Shown here in pieces: positions 8,934 through 17,920 of a DNA stretch of 60,029 nt. Source of the DNA: a virus (Duplodnaviria; Caudoviricetes); IMG/VR virus record IMGVR_UViG_3300036861_000473; one strand, given 5' to 3'. The translations under genes were made by a program, and so were the position numbers. The notes under the pieces are model-generated. The model had not been told where the DNA came from. It did not search any database and was given only the letters and a program-made list of their open reading frames with translations. Numbering within the stretch: the stretch's first letter is position 1; each line of letters opens with the position of its first letter.

Positions 8934-9321
8934 GCCCAGCGCGGTCTACCAGCCGCAGCTCGCCGGCGAGCGGGAGTGCCTCAACTGTGGTGACCCGTTC
9001 ACGCCGCTCCCGCACCCGGCGTGGGCTGGCCTGTACTGCCAGGAGGCGTGCTGGATCGCCAACAACGGCGGGCCACGCCGCCACCGCACCGCCTACCGGC
9101 CCCGCCCCGCCGCCACACCCCCGCCGCCCCCGCCGCCCCCGCCGCCCCTGGCCACGCCTGTGGCGGATGCGGTGACGCTCGAGGAGGCCGTCGCGGCACT
9201 GGAGGTCCGGCTGCCGCACCTGCAGCCGCCACCGCCGCGCCGGCTGGTCGTGGTCGGCGTGACCGCCTGCCCGCGGTGTGACACCACCCACAAGGTCTAC
9301 GGCTACCGAGGTGCGCCATGA
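8926..9321 (+). CDS. Zinc-finger, Pro-rich hypothetical protein
   Basis: CLNCG...YCQEAC and CPRC motifs. Confidence 0.55.
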   Translation: MGRPSAVYQPQLAGERECLNCGDPFTPLPHPAWAGLYCQEACWIANNGGPRRHRTAYRPRPAATPPPPPPPPPPLATPVADAVTLEEAVAALEVRLPHLQPPPPRRLVVVGVTACPRCDTTHKVYGYRGAP

Positions 9322-9824
9322 ACCTGTGCGGACTCAGCCAGCCTAGCCAGCCAAAGCTGCCCGACGCCGGCCAGGGCACGTGCTGCTACGGCGCAGCGTG
9401 CATGGGGCCGGAGCGGTGCACGTGCTGGGAGCCCGTCTTCGAGGTGGAGCAGACCCCACCCGACTCCCAGACCGTCACCTTGCTCGCCGCCGGCGTCCAG
9501 CCGGTCACCCGCCAGCGTCCCTGCGACGACTGCGCCTACCGGCCCGACTCCCCAGAGCGCCGCGGCGACCCGAACGTCGCCGGCGACCAGGAGCTCCTCG
9601 AGCAGATCGTGCAGCGTGGCGAGCGGTTCTGGTGCCATCAGGGCATCCGCCGTCCGATCGCCTGGCGCCACCCCGCAGGCGTCCAAATCCCCGGCTCACC
9701 CGTCAACTATCAGCCGCCGATCATCGACGGCGTGCCGTACCGCGCCGATGGCACCCCCGCCGAAGTCTGTGCCGGCTGGGCGGCGCGGCGCCGCGCGCTC
9801 GAGACGCCGGAGCGGCAGCCATGA
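9318..9824 (+). CDS. Cys-rich hypothetical protein
   Basis: PCDDCAYRPDS, FWCH, CAGW. Confidence 0.65.
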   Translation: MNLCGLSQPSQPKLPDAGQGTCCYGAACMGPERCTCWEPVFEVEQTPPDSQTVTLLAAGVQPVTRQRPCDDCAYRPDSPERRGDPNVAGDQELLEQIVQRGERFWCHQGIRRPIAWRHPAGVQIPGSPVNYQPPIIDGVPYRADGTPAEVCAGWAARRRALETPERQP

Positions 9825-10309
9825 CCAGCCCGGCGCGCCGCCAGATCGACCTGGCCATGAGCGAGGCGCAATGGCAGGCCACCGTCCTCGACCTCGCACT
9901 CACCCTGCACTGGCGCGCCCTGCACCACCACGACTCCCGCCGGCAGGTCGGCACCGACAACAACGGCAAGCCGATCCTGGTCGGAGACAAGGACGCCGCC
10001 GGCCTGCCCGACTGGCTGTTCATCCGCGAACGACACTTCTTCGCCGAACTCAAAGCCGAAGGCAAACAGCCGACCGCCAAGCAGCTCGAGATCATGGACG
10101 GGCTGCGCAAGGCCGGCGCCGAAGTGCACCTGTGGCACCCCTCCGACTGGCCCGAGGTCGTCATCGCACTCACCGGCCGATGGCACGGCAGCCGCGGCCG
10201 CGTGCTCGAGCTTCCACCGGAGACGCCCCCCCGGCGGACCATCCCCGACGTCGACCACCGCCGCGGCGATAAAGGCGTCTCCCCCGTGGACACCGGAGGT
10301 GCGACGTGA
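9821..10309 (+). CDS. VRR-NUC domain nuclease (resolvase-like)
   Basis: MSEAQWQ, GLPDWL, FAELK, PTAKQ, WHPSDW. Confidence 0.8.
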   Translation: MTSPARRQIDLAMSEAQWQATVLDLALTLHWRALHHHDSRRQVGTDNNGKPILVGDKDAAGLPDWLFIRERHFFAELKAEGKQPTAKQLEIMDGLRKAGAEVHLWHPSDWPEVVIALTGRWHGSRGRVLELPPETPPRRTIPDVDHRRGDKGVSPVDTGGAT

Positions 10310-10965
10310 ACACGATCCCCGGCGTCACCTTCCGGCCGATCGACCGGTGGCCCGGGTCGATGACCCGGCCGTGGGAGCGCCGCGTCGGCCGCCAGTTCAG
10401 CGCCCCCTGGACATCCACCCTGGACCTCCTCGCGCTGGAGCTCCGCCAGCTCAAGGCGGAAGACATCGTGCTGCAACTCGACCTGACAGAGCGGGACATC
10501 CGCCAGGACGGGCTGCCCCGCGCCAACGCGCGGCCCCCCGGCCATCCCGGCGTGATCCTGTCGTTCACCAGCCGCCACGGGGCGTTGCAGTTCGCCTGCG
10601 ACACCTACACCTGGTGGGAGACCAACATGCGCGTCATCGCCCTCACCCTCCAGGCGCTGCGCGCCGCCGCACGGTATGGCGTGGTCAAGACCGACGAACA
10701 GTACCGCGGCTGGGCGCAGCTCCCACCGCCGGCGCCGCCCGACGGGCGCATGACGCCGGAGCAGGCCGCACGCATCGTCGCTGAGGGCGCTGACAACCCG
10801 GACGCCTGGGAGGACATCCTCGAGAACCTCATGGGCATCCGCCAGGCCTACTACCACGACGCGGCCCGCCGCCTCCACCCCGACGCCGGCGGCAGCCACG
10901 AGGCGTTCACCCGCATCCAAGCCGCCATGCGCGTCCTCGACCAGCACGCCAGGAGCCACACATGA
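10306..10965 (+). CDS. Protein with C-terminal J-domain
   Basis: AARRLHPDAGGSHEAFTRIQAA (HPD motif). Confidence 0.75.
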   Translation: MNTIPGVTFRPIDRWPGSMTRPWERRVGRQFSAPWTSTLDLLALELRQLKAEDIVLQLDLTERDIRQDGLPRANARPPGHPGVILSFTSRHGALQFACDTYTWWETNMRVIALTLQALRAAARYGVVKTDEQYRGWAQLPPPAPPDGRMTPEQAARIVAEGADNPDAWEDILENLMGIRQAYYHDAARRLHPDAGGSHEAFTRIQAAMRVLDQHARSHT

Positions 10966-11180
10966 GAGTGCCCCGCGTCGGGGAGCACCGCTGCCCCAAA
11001 CCTGAATGCCGCCAGATCGTCGGCAACCACCTGTTCGCCTGCGCCCCCCACTGGTACGAGCTGCCCCGCGACATCCGCCGCGCCATCTACGCGACCGCCA
11101 CCCGCCCACTCACCGACCCTGAGCGCGCCCAGATCGTCCGCGACGCGCTCACCGCCTGGGGCGCGGAGACCACGCCATGA
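10962..11180 (+). CDS. Small zinc-finger protein
   Basis: HRCPKPEC...FACAPHWYELP. Confidence 0.65.
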   Translation: MRVPRVGEHRCPKPECRQIVGNHLFACAPHWYELPRDIRRAIYATATRPLTDPERAQIVRDALTAWGAETTP

Positions 11181-11452
11181 CCTGCCGTGAGGATCCCGAC
11201 CAGCACCTGGTCACGTTGAACCTGCGGGCACGGCTCATGCGCCAAGCCGCCGACCAGGTGCGCAGCCCACTGCTCGCCGAGCATCTCCGTGAGACCGCCG
11301 AGCGGGTCGCCACCGAAGCGATGATGCTCGTCGCCGACTACGGCGCCGAACGGGCCGAGTGCCACTACCACGGTGACCCTACGTTCGGCGAGGACCCCGA
11401 CCAGGTGTATGTCGGTTGGGCGCTCCAAGAGGGCGAGGTGCGGACCGGATGA
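11177..11452 (+). CDS. Hypothetical protein
   Basis: ATGA-coupled ORF. Confidence 0.55.
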   Translation: MTCREDPDQHLVTLNLRARLMRQAADQVRSPLLAEHLRETAERVATEAMMLVADYGAERAECHYHGDPTFGEDPDQVYVGWALQEGEVRTG

Positions 11453-11820
11453 GCGTCCCCATCTTGCATGTGGCCACCACCTCGGCGCTCGCCCTTGACC
11501 CCGAGGTGCACACCGTCTACATGGGCCTGCTCCGCGAAGGCAACACTAAGGGCCGTGAGGTGTGGCACTGCGACCATGCCCACCCCAAACGCCCCGGCGC
11601 CCGCGCGTGCGCCCGCGGCGAGCTCCGCCAGCGTGCCTTCCCCGAAATGAAAGGCAACTGGGGTGGTGTGACCCGCAACACCGGCCGCCGCGACCCGATC
11701 TACCACGAGCTCATCCACGTGCCCATCTGCCCCATGTGCGCCAAGGCGCTGCTACACACCCAGCGCGAACATGAGCGGCTCGAAGCGGCCGCCACCGCGA
11801 AGAGAGCCGATCATGCCTGA
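11449..11820 (+). CDS. Hypothetical protein
   Basis: ATGA-coupled; CDHAH and CPMC motifs. Confidence 0.55.
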   Translation: MSVPILHVATTSALALDPEVHTVYMGLLREGNTKGREVWHCDHAHPKRPGARACARGELRQRAFPEMKGNWGGVTRNTGRRDPIYHELIHVPICPMCAKALLHTQREHERLEAAATAKRADHA

Positions 11821-12049
11821 CCCATCCCCCTTCGAGCTGTGGCGCCAGGCCGGCGGCGGCACCCCCGCCTACAGCCGTGAGGAATACCACCGGCTCATGG
11901 TCCAACACGGCCACCTCGTCCCCCGGCCAGCCTGCACCTGCGGCGCGGTCGACGCCGTTTCCGAGCACCATCAGGACTGCCCGCGCTACCAGGACAACGA
12001 CCGGCGACTCCCATGCGGCTGGCTCCCCGGGGAGGACCGGCGGCAATGA
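11813..12049 (+). CDS. Small Cys/His-containing hypothetical protein
   Basis: CTCG...HHQDCP. Confidence 0.5.
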   Translation: MPDPSPFELWRQAGGGTPAYSREEYHRLMVQHGHLVPRPACTCGAVDAVSEHHQDCPRYQDNDRRLPCGWLPGEDRRQ

Positions 12050-12864
12050 CGGTGAGCGCGCCACGGCAGACCGTCCGCGGCAACGGCCAGGCCAAGCTCC
12101 CCTCCGAGCCTTTGGTCGAAGCCATCCGCGCGTACACCCGCGCGCGCAATCTCCCCCTCACCGACATCCTCGGCCGCAACACCGCCGCCAAACGCGCCTT
12201 CGAACGTGCCGGCCACAACCCGACCGTGGCCGTCACCACCGTCGAGAAACTCTGCGCCGTGCTCGGCTGCCACCCCAGCGAGCTGTACGGCGACGCCTAC
12301 GACCCCAGCGCCGCCCGCCGCCAAGCGCGGCAGCGCCCGGGGTCACGCCACTGGGCCGCCCGCATCCCGCTTACCACCTACCAGGCCATCTACGACGCGA
12401 TGGCCGCCACGGCGGTCAACGGCCGCTGGACCGGCCACCTCACCAAGCTCGTCGCCGACGTCGCCCCCGACACCCCCTACAACGGCCTGCAACCAACCCT
12501 GACCGGACGCGGCTGGATCACCGTCGAACAGCGCGGCATGGGCGGCACCCGCGGCGACGGCCGCGTCACCGCTCGGCCGAGCATCTACCGGCTCGTCCGG
12601 CGTCCCGAGGCCGAAACCTGGCCATGCGAGACCTGCGGCGAGCCGATCACCAGCGTCACCGACGACGGCTACCTGATCTTCGCGCTCAAGCGCTACTGCT
12701 CCGAGCGGTGCGGCTGCCGCGCGCAGGAGGCCGCCTACGGCCGCAAGCTCGACCGGCTCCGCGAGACCGCCGGCCTGCCACGCACCGGCCGCCGGCGCCT
12801 GTCCGCTGCCGAAGTCGACGACGTCGTCCGGCTCCTGCGCCGCCTGCGAATGCGGAGCGGCTGA
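12046..12864 (+). CDS. Multi-domain DNA-binding protein (HTH plus zinc finger), possible replication initiator
   Basis: VEKLCAVLGCHPSELY (XRE-like), CETCG...YCSERC; upstream of helicase. Confidence 0.55.
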   Translation: MTVSAPRQTVRGNGQAKLPSEPLVEAIRAYTRARNLPLTDILGRNTAAKRAFERAGHNPTVAVTTVEKLCAVLGCHPSELYGDAYDPSAARRQARQRPGSRHWAARIPLTTYQAIYDAMAATAVNGRWTGHLTKLVADVAPDTPYNGLQPTLTGRGWITVEQRGMGGTRGDGRVTARPSIYRLVRRPEAETWPCETCGEPITSVTDDGYLIFALKRYCSERCGCRAQEAAYGRKLDRLRETAGLPRTGRRRLSAAEVDDVVRLLRRLRMRSG

Positions 12865-13106
12865 TGGTCACCTTGCTGAGTGTGGGCAACTCCGAGGGAG
12901 AGCGCCGCTGCGACGCCCGCTGCCACCAGGCCACCGAGCCCGACTGCGACTGTGTGTGCGGTGGCCGCTACCACGGCAAGGGTCTCGCCCAAGCCCGCGA
13001 GCAGATGAGCCAGGACCTCCAAAATGGCCGCTTCGGTGAGGAGATCCGGGTCGCCGTCGAAGCGCTCCGCGAGCAGCTCACTCTCCCACTCGGCGAGACG
13101 CCATGA
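12864..13106 (+). CDS. Small Cys-cluster protein
   Basis: CDARCHQATEPDCDCVCGGRYHG. Confidence 0.65.
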   Translation: MVTLLSVGNSEGERRCDARCHQATEPDCDCVCGGRYHGKGLAQAREQMSQDLQNGRFGEEIRVAVEALREQLTLPLGETP

Positions 13107-13387
13107 GCGCCCTCGTGGAGTGCCCCCGCTGCCAGGTGCTCCTCCGCGAGCATCCACTCCACGAGTGCCCAAGCTGCCACCGCTGGGCCAACCACCTCGA
13201 ACCCGACGGACGCTGCCTCGACTGCAACCTCCACTGGACCCACTGCCCCGAGCATGGCCGCCTCGAACACGCCGGCACCAACCACCAGCGGGTCACCGCC
13301 CACCAGATCCTCACCACCCTCCAACAACGTCAGCAGCAGCCCAGCAACGTCATCGTCGGCCCCTGGGGTGCCAGTGCCAGCCAATGA
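13103..13387 (+). CDS. Zinc-finger protein
   Basis: Three CxxC and one CPEH motif. Confidence 0.55.
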   Translation: MSALVECPRCQVLLREHPLHECPSCHRWANHLEPDGRCLDCNLHWTHCPEHGRLEHAGTNHQRVTAHQILTTLQQRQQQPSNVIVGPWGASASQ

Positions 13388-14843
13388 CCACCACCAGCCA
13401 CCCCGCAACCCCGACGCCGAGGCCGCGGTCCTGGGCGCCATGCTGCTGGACACCGCCGCCCTGGAGCGCGCCCTCGTCACCTTGGATGCCGGCGACTTCT
13501 ACAACCCCACCCACCGGCTCATCTTCACCGCCTGCGCGCACCTCGAAGCCGCCAGCCAGCCAGTCGACCCCGTCACCGTCGCCGCCCACTTGGCAGCCGC
13601 CGGCCAGCTCGAGCAGATCGGCGGCGCCACCTACCTCCACGACCTGCTCGAAGCCGTCCCCACCATCGCGCAGACCGCCACCTACCTCGACCTGGTCGCC
13701 CAGGCGGCCGCCGCGCGGCGCCTCATCGACGTCGGCCACCGCATCACCCAACTCGGCCACGAGCAGGGCCTCGACCCTGACAAGGCGCAGCAGATCGCTG
13801 CGGAGCTGCTGGAGCAGGTCGGCAACGCAAGACCGCACGCACTCGTCCGCGACCGCCGCCTCCAGGAGGCCCCCGTGTTCATCTTCGACCCGTTCGCCGA
13901 CCTGCCCGCCATCTGGGGCGACGGCCAGGAGGTCGCCTGGCCATCCGGCGAGAGCCTCGTCATCGCCGGCCCGCAGGGCGTCGGCAAGTCCACCCTGGCA
14001 CAGCGGCTCACGCTGGCCCGCATCGGTGTCGGCCCGGCCACGCTGCTTGGCATGCCCGTGGCTCCTACCGCCAGCCGCGTGCTCTATCTCGCCTGTGACC
14101 GGCCCGGCCAGATCGCCCGGTCCATGCGACGCATGGTCACCGAGGAGGACCGTGTCACGCTCGCCGAACGGCTGATGGTGTGGCGTGGACCGCCACCTGT
14201 CGACCTGGCCAAGGAGCCTCGCGCGCTGCTCAGCCTGGCCCGCAACGCCGACGCCGACACCGTCGTCATCGACTCCCTCAAGGACGCCGCGCTAGATCTA
14301 GTCAAGGATGAGGTGGGCGCCAGATACAACCAGGCCCGCCAAATCTGCCTGACCGAGGGTATCGACCTGCTGGAACTCCATCACCAGCGCAAAGCCGCAG
14401 CCGACAACAAACGGCCACGCAAGCTCGACGACGTGTACGGGTCGAATTGGCTGACCGCCGGTGCCGGCTCGGTGCTCCTATTGTGGGGTGAACCTGGCGA
14501 TCCGATCGTCGAATTGAGTCACCTGAAACAGCCCGTTGAGGAGATCGGGCCGATGAAGCTGCTGCACGACGCCGAGACCGGTGGCATCTCCGTCCAGCAG
14601 GGTGTTGATCTGCTTACCCTGGTGCGCACTCAGCCTGGCCTGACCGCCGCCGACGCCGCCCGGCTCCTGTTCGACGTGGAGGGCCGCTCCGCTGAGCCCA
14701 AAGAGGTGGAGAAGGCCCGTCGGCGGCTCGACTCGCTGGTGCGCCGCGGCCTCGTCAAGCAGCAGCCAGGCACGCGCGGCCGCGTCGGCGGTGCCATCAA
14801 CCCAGCGACCTACCACCCTGTCGTCGACCTGGACGCCCCATGA
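13368..14843 (+). CDS. Replicative helicase: DnaB N-terminal domain fused to RepA/AAA_25-like ATPase
   Basis: PPRNPDAEAAVLGAMLL...DFYNPTHRLIF...IGGATYL; Walker A GPQGVGKS; Walker B VVIDSL; HHQRK; YGS. Confidence 0.88.
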   Translation: MPVPANDHHQPPRNPDAEAAVLGAMLLDTAALERALVTLDAGDFYNPTHRLIFTACAHLEAASQPVDPVTVAAHLAAAGQLEQIGGATYLHDLLEAVPTIAQTATYLDLVAQAAAARRLIDVGHRITQLGHEQGLDPDKAQQIAAELLEQVGNARPHALVRDRRLQEAPVFIFDPFADLPAIWGDGQEVAWPSGESLVIAGPQGVGKSTLAQRLTLARIGVGPATLLGMPVAPTASRVLYLACDRPGQIARSMRRMVTEEDRVTLAERLMVWRGPPPVDLAKEPRALLSLARNADADTVVIDSLKDAALDLVKDEVGARYNQARQICLTEGIDLLELHHQRKAAADNKRPRKLDDVYGSNWLTAGAGSVLLLWGEPGDPIVELSHLKQPVEEIGPMKLLHDAETGGISVQQGVDLLTLVRTQPGLTAADAARLLFDVEGRSAEPKEVEKARRRLDSLVRRGLVKQQPGTRGRVGGAINPATYHPVVDLDAP

Positions 14844-14867
14844 GCGACACCAGCATTCCGCCTACGT

Positions 14868-15045
14868 CCGTAATCACGGGGGTGTTCACGGTATTCACGG
14901 CCAGCAAGGCACCCTCACAGAACGGTATACACGCGACATCACGAATCCGAGCGTTTATGCAGGTCAGGGTATTCATGCCACTAATCACGGTTTTCACAGC
15001 GGCTGCCCCCCGGGGGGTGCTGTAAAGCACACCCCCCGGGGGAGG
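14868..15045. promoter_or_regulatory. Putative replication origin (iteron-like TCACG repeats plus double palindrome)
   Basis: Lower-GC stretch after helicase with TAATCACGG x2, GTTCACGG, TATTCACGG and variants, then CCCCCCGGGGGG-TGCTGTAAAGCACA-CCCCCCGGGGG. Confidence 0.55.
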
Positions 15046-15086
15046 CACAGCACGCTACGAAACGGCCAGGAAGGACAACAAGCGCG

Positions 15087-15365
15087 ATGCCCACAATAAC
15101 CGGCGAGGAGTTCGAGCAGCACATGGACCTGCTCGCCGCAGCCGGCCGGATGCTGCTCCTCATCCCCGTCGACCAGCTCCTCGACATCGTCCACCGCGCC
15201 GAAACGCTCGGCCCCATCCTGGACCCGACCACCATGCAACAAGGCGGCTTCCGCCGGCTGCACGAGCAACGCCGCATGCTCGAAGCCGCCCAGGTGTTCT
15301 GCAACACCATCCGACAACTATGGCCCGACCAGGCCGCCGCACTCATGGCAAAAGCGGGTGGATGA
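15087..15365 (+). CDS. Hypothetical protein
   Basis: GAAGGA RBS; GC3-rich. Confidence 0.65.
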   Translation: MPTITGEEFEQHMDLLAAAGRMLLLIPVDQLLDIVHRAETLGPILDPTTMQQGGFRRLHEQRRMLEAAQVFCNTIRQLWPDQAAALMAKAGG

Positions 15366-15588
15366 CATGCCGCGCCAGCGGAAACTGCGGATCGAGCTGT
15401 ACGACGATGCGACCCCACCAGGCGGCAACCTCGACTACCAGACCATCGCCTCCGTCGAAATCGAATTGCCCGCCGGCACTGAGATCCCCGGTGAGCGGAT
15501 CATCGAGGCTGCCAGGCGCGCCTACGTGCACATGGTTGGTGCCGACTTCCCGGAGTTCGCCCGCCACGGGGGCGCCGATGCCGAGTAG
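15358..15588 (+). CDS. Hypothetical protein
   Basis: Coupled ORF. Confidence 0.6.
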   Translation: MDDMPRQRKLRIELYDDATPPGGNLDYQTIASVEIELPAGTEIPGERIIEAARRAYVHMVGADFPEFARHGGADAE

Positions 15589-16180
15589 GCGCCGCTGGAC
15601 CGCCGCGCACCGGGCCGCCCGCCGCCTGGCCGCCGCAGTCATGCTCCGCCAATGGAACCTTGACGCCGGCGCCGGCCGCTTCGACTCACCCGCCGGCCAC
15701 ATCGCCCGCCTCCTGGACGCCGTCGAGGCGACCGGGCTGCGCCTGCACATCCCACGCCGGCCAGGCACCAGCGCGCTGCTGGAGCGATGGGCGCGCGCCC
15801 TCGCGCTCCTGGATGTGCGTATCGCCCAGGCCGAGGACGCCGTCGCCGCAGGACGCGGCCAGGCAGACATGCGCACCTACCAGCGCGGCGGCGATCCCGT
15901 CGCCGCCCGCATCACCCCCGGCCAGGCTATGCAGTGTGCCGATTGCCCCTACCAGGCTGCCTGCGACTATGGCACCTGCCTGCATGTCGGCGAGCCCCGC
16001 ACCGGCCCCACCTGGCAGCGGCCGCCCGCCTTCACCGACAAGGACCTCGCCCACCTCCGCAGCATCCGCGACGTCGCCCACGACCGGCTCCGCTACGACC
16101 TACGCTGGCTCGAAGATGCAATTGCGAAAAGCGACAACCGGGACGCGCGTGGTGTCGCCGCAGGTCATGAGAGTCATTGA
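15578..16180 (+). CDS. Hypothetical protein (position typical of late-gene regulator)
   Basis: Coupled ORF with CxxC..C...C motif; last gene of the early operon. Confidence 0.55.
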   Translation: MPSRRRWTAAHRAARRLAAAVMLRQWNLDAGAGRFDSPAGHIARLLDAVEATGLRLHIPRRPGTSALLERWARALALLDVRIAQAEDAVAAGRGQADMRTYQRGGDPVAARITPGQAMQCADCPYQAACDYGTCLHVGEPRTGPTWQRPPAFTDKDLAHLRSIRDVAHDRLRYDLRWLEDAIAKSDNRDARGVAAGHESH

Positions 16181-16243
16181 CGTTTGCTATGCCGAGTGTT
16201 TCGATACCGGCCAGAAGTGCGCCCCTACGCTGAGTTGCCCCCA

Positions 16244-16531
16244 GTGAGCGATGGCGTGTTCTGGCCCGAGCTGGAAGCGTGGCTGCTGGAACACGGCATC
16301 CGGGTCGCCGACTGCTACCAGGTCGCTATCCGCTGGACCGTCGACAGCGTCCATGGCGGCCCGACCTGGAACGGCCCGGTCCGCATGCAGGTCGACCTGT
16401 GGCGCAACAACGAGCAGGGCCTCCGCTACGTCGGCCAGGACGGCGAGATCGCCAGCGAAACCCTGATGATCCCCATGCGGCGCCTGCCCGCCGTCGAGGT
16501 CGTCCGCTACCGCCCCGAGGCGCCACGGTGA
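16244..16531 (+). CDS. Hypothetical protein
   Basis: GC3-rich from GTG 16244; start uncertain. Confidence 0.55.
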   Translation: MSDGVFWPELEAWLLEHGIRVADCYQVAIRWTVDSVHGGPTWNGPVRMQVDLWRNNEQGLRYVGQDGEIASETLMIPMRRLPAVEVVRYRPEAPR

Positions 16532-16800
16532 GCGGCGTCATCGTCCACGGGCGGTGGGAGACCTACGGCGATCTCATCCTGCGCGGCTGGCGCCATCAGC
16601 GCCCCGAAGTCATCCAGGCTGACCCTCGCACGCTGATCGTTGACGAGCTGCTGGAGGAGATCCGCCAGGGCAAGGCCAGGCCATGGGTCACCCTGGACGG
16701 CGAGGTGCTCACCATCCGTGGCAGCAACCGCACCGTCATCTACCGCATCGGCGAGCACCTGGAGGACTACCGGTGCCACGTCCTAGAGTGGCCGGACTGA
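16528..16800 (+). CDS. Hypothetical protein
   Basis: GTGA overlap; loosely resembles 29737-30030. Confidence 0.6.
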   Translation: MSGVIVHGRWETYGDLILRGWRHQRPEVIQADPRTLIVDELLEEIRQGKARPWVTLDGEVLTIRGSNRTVIYRIGEHLEDYRCHVLEWPD

Positions 16801-16970
16801 TGGACGTGACCGGGTTCGCCCAGCTCCAGCCGGTCAACATCCGGAATGGCATCCCCTGCTGCCCCTGCTGCAACGAGCCGATGATCCAGGTCGGGGAGAA
16901 CGAGTGGCAGTGCGCCCTCGGCGTGGCGCTGTGGCGCTGGGTGCGGGAGCGGCTGGACGATGCCCAGTAG
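16800..16970 (+). CDS. Small Cys-containing protein
   Basis: TGATG overlap; CCPCC...WQC. Confidence 0.5.
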   Translation: MDVTGFAQLQPVNIRNGIPCCPCCNEPMIQVGENEWQCALGVALWRWVRERLDDAQ

Positions 16971-17313
16971 GCCCTGCCCCGGCCCCGCCAACGGCACCCC
17001 ACCCTGCCCTGCGGGTGCGATGGTGACGGTGCGTCGTAACGTCAAGCAGGCCGGCCGCTGCATCCTGTGCCGGGCGGAGCACAACGCCCGTCACAATGCG
17101 CGCCGGCCGGACCTGCATGATCCCGCCGAGAAGCGTCGGCGCGCGCAGGTGGTCGCCGCCGCTGGCGGCTGGTGCCAGGGCTGGCCTGGCCATCCGCGGC
17201 ATCCGAGCGCCGACCTGACCGCCCACCATGTCGACGGACCCGGCGGCGTCCGTCTCGTGGCGCTTTGCCGCTCCAAAAACAGCGCAATCGGGTCACCGAA
17301 CCGGTCACAGTAG
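16960..17313 (+). CDS. Terminase-associated HNH endonuclease
   Basis: MPSRPC start, WCQGW...DLTAHHV...LVALCRSKNS; typical of the HNH preceding cos/terS. Confidence 0.7.
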   Translation: MPSRPCPGPANGTPPCPAGAMVTVRRNVKQAGRCILCRAEHNARHNARRPDLHDPAEKRRRAQVVAAAGGWCQGWPGHPRHPSADLTAHHVDGPGGVRLVALCRSKNSAIGSPNRSQ

Positions 17314-17411
17314 ACCAAACGGACGACCAGATTGACCGGAAAGATACGATTATACCCTAATTTTGGGGTGGTTTGGGATAGTTTAGACCGATTTTCCCTG
17401 TGGAGTGTCGC

Positions 17412-17424
17412 CAAGCAAGACAAG
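17412..17424 (+). repeat. 13-bp direct repeat CAAGCAAGACAAG, left copy
   Basis: Identical to 21339-21351. Confidence 0.85.
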
Positions 17425-17470
17425 CACCACGCTCAAACGTCTGAATCCGGTCGATCCGGCTGGTGGTTGG

Positions 17471-17500
17471 TTGACATGGTGTCGGACGTTGGCCTACGGT
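17471..17500 (+). promoter_or_regulatory. Promoter with embedded operator
   Basis: TTGACA-N18-TACGGT; operator TGTCGGACGTTGGCCTACG at 17480-17498. Confidence 0.65.
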
Positions 17501-17537
17501 GGTCGGGACACTACCCGCCACGTCGGAGGCCTCCACC

Positions 17538-17816
17538 GTGACCGCCCAGACCGCCCAGACCACACCTGGTGAGCGCGAGGATTTCGGGCACGCGGAACAT
17601 GCCGCCTGTGGCTGCGAGCCGGTCGGGCAGAAACAGATAGCCGATCGGCTGGGCGTGAGCGCGAAGACTCCCAACACCTGGTACGTCCGCGGCCTACTCC
17701 CCAAGCCTTGGGGGCGGGTAGGGAACGGCCCGGCATGGTGCTGGCCCCATCAGATTGTCCCGTGGGCGAAACAGACCAGGCCGAGCCGTTGGGATCGGAG
17801 CGGCGCGAGGGCATGA
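17538..17816 (+). CDS. Small HTH regulator (MerR/AlpA/excisionase-like)
   Basis: PVGQKQIADRLGVSAKTPNTWYVRGLLPKP...PAWCW; GGAGG RBS. Confidence 0.78.
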   Translation: MTAQTAQTTPGEREDFGHAEHAACGCEPVGQKQIADRLGVSAKTPNTWYVRGLLPKPWGRVGNGPAWCWPHQIVPWAKQTRPSRWDRSGARA

Positions 17817-17881
17817 CAGCCTAGGCGCCTACGCGCCCAGCTGCTGCCGCCCTGCTGCCGCCCTGCTGGGCGCGTGCCAAA

Positions 17882-17907
17882 GGGCCCGGGCGCGCGGCCC
17901 GGGCCCC
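17882..17907. terminator. GC hairpin between convergent genes
   Basis: GGGCCCGGGC...GCCCGGGCCC. Confidence 0.5.
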
Positions 17908-17920
17908 AAGGGTGAAGCGG

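Noticed and set aside
9115-9150. CCG/CCC tandem run as contingency locus
   Set aside because: Simply encodes a polyproline linker; triplet unit changes would not shift frame.
14840-15025. 61-aa ORF after the helicase
   Set aside because: Atypical codon usage; the translation merely reflects DNA repeats of a likely origin.
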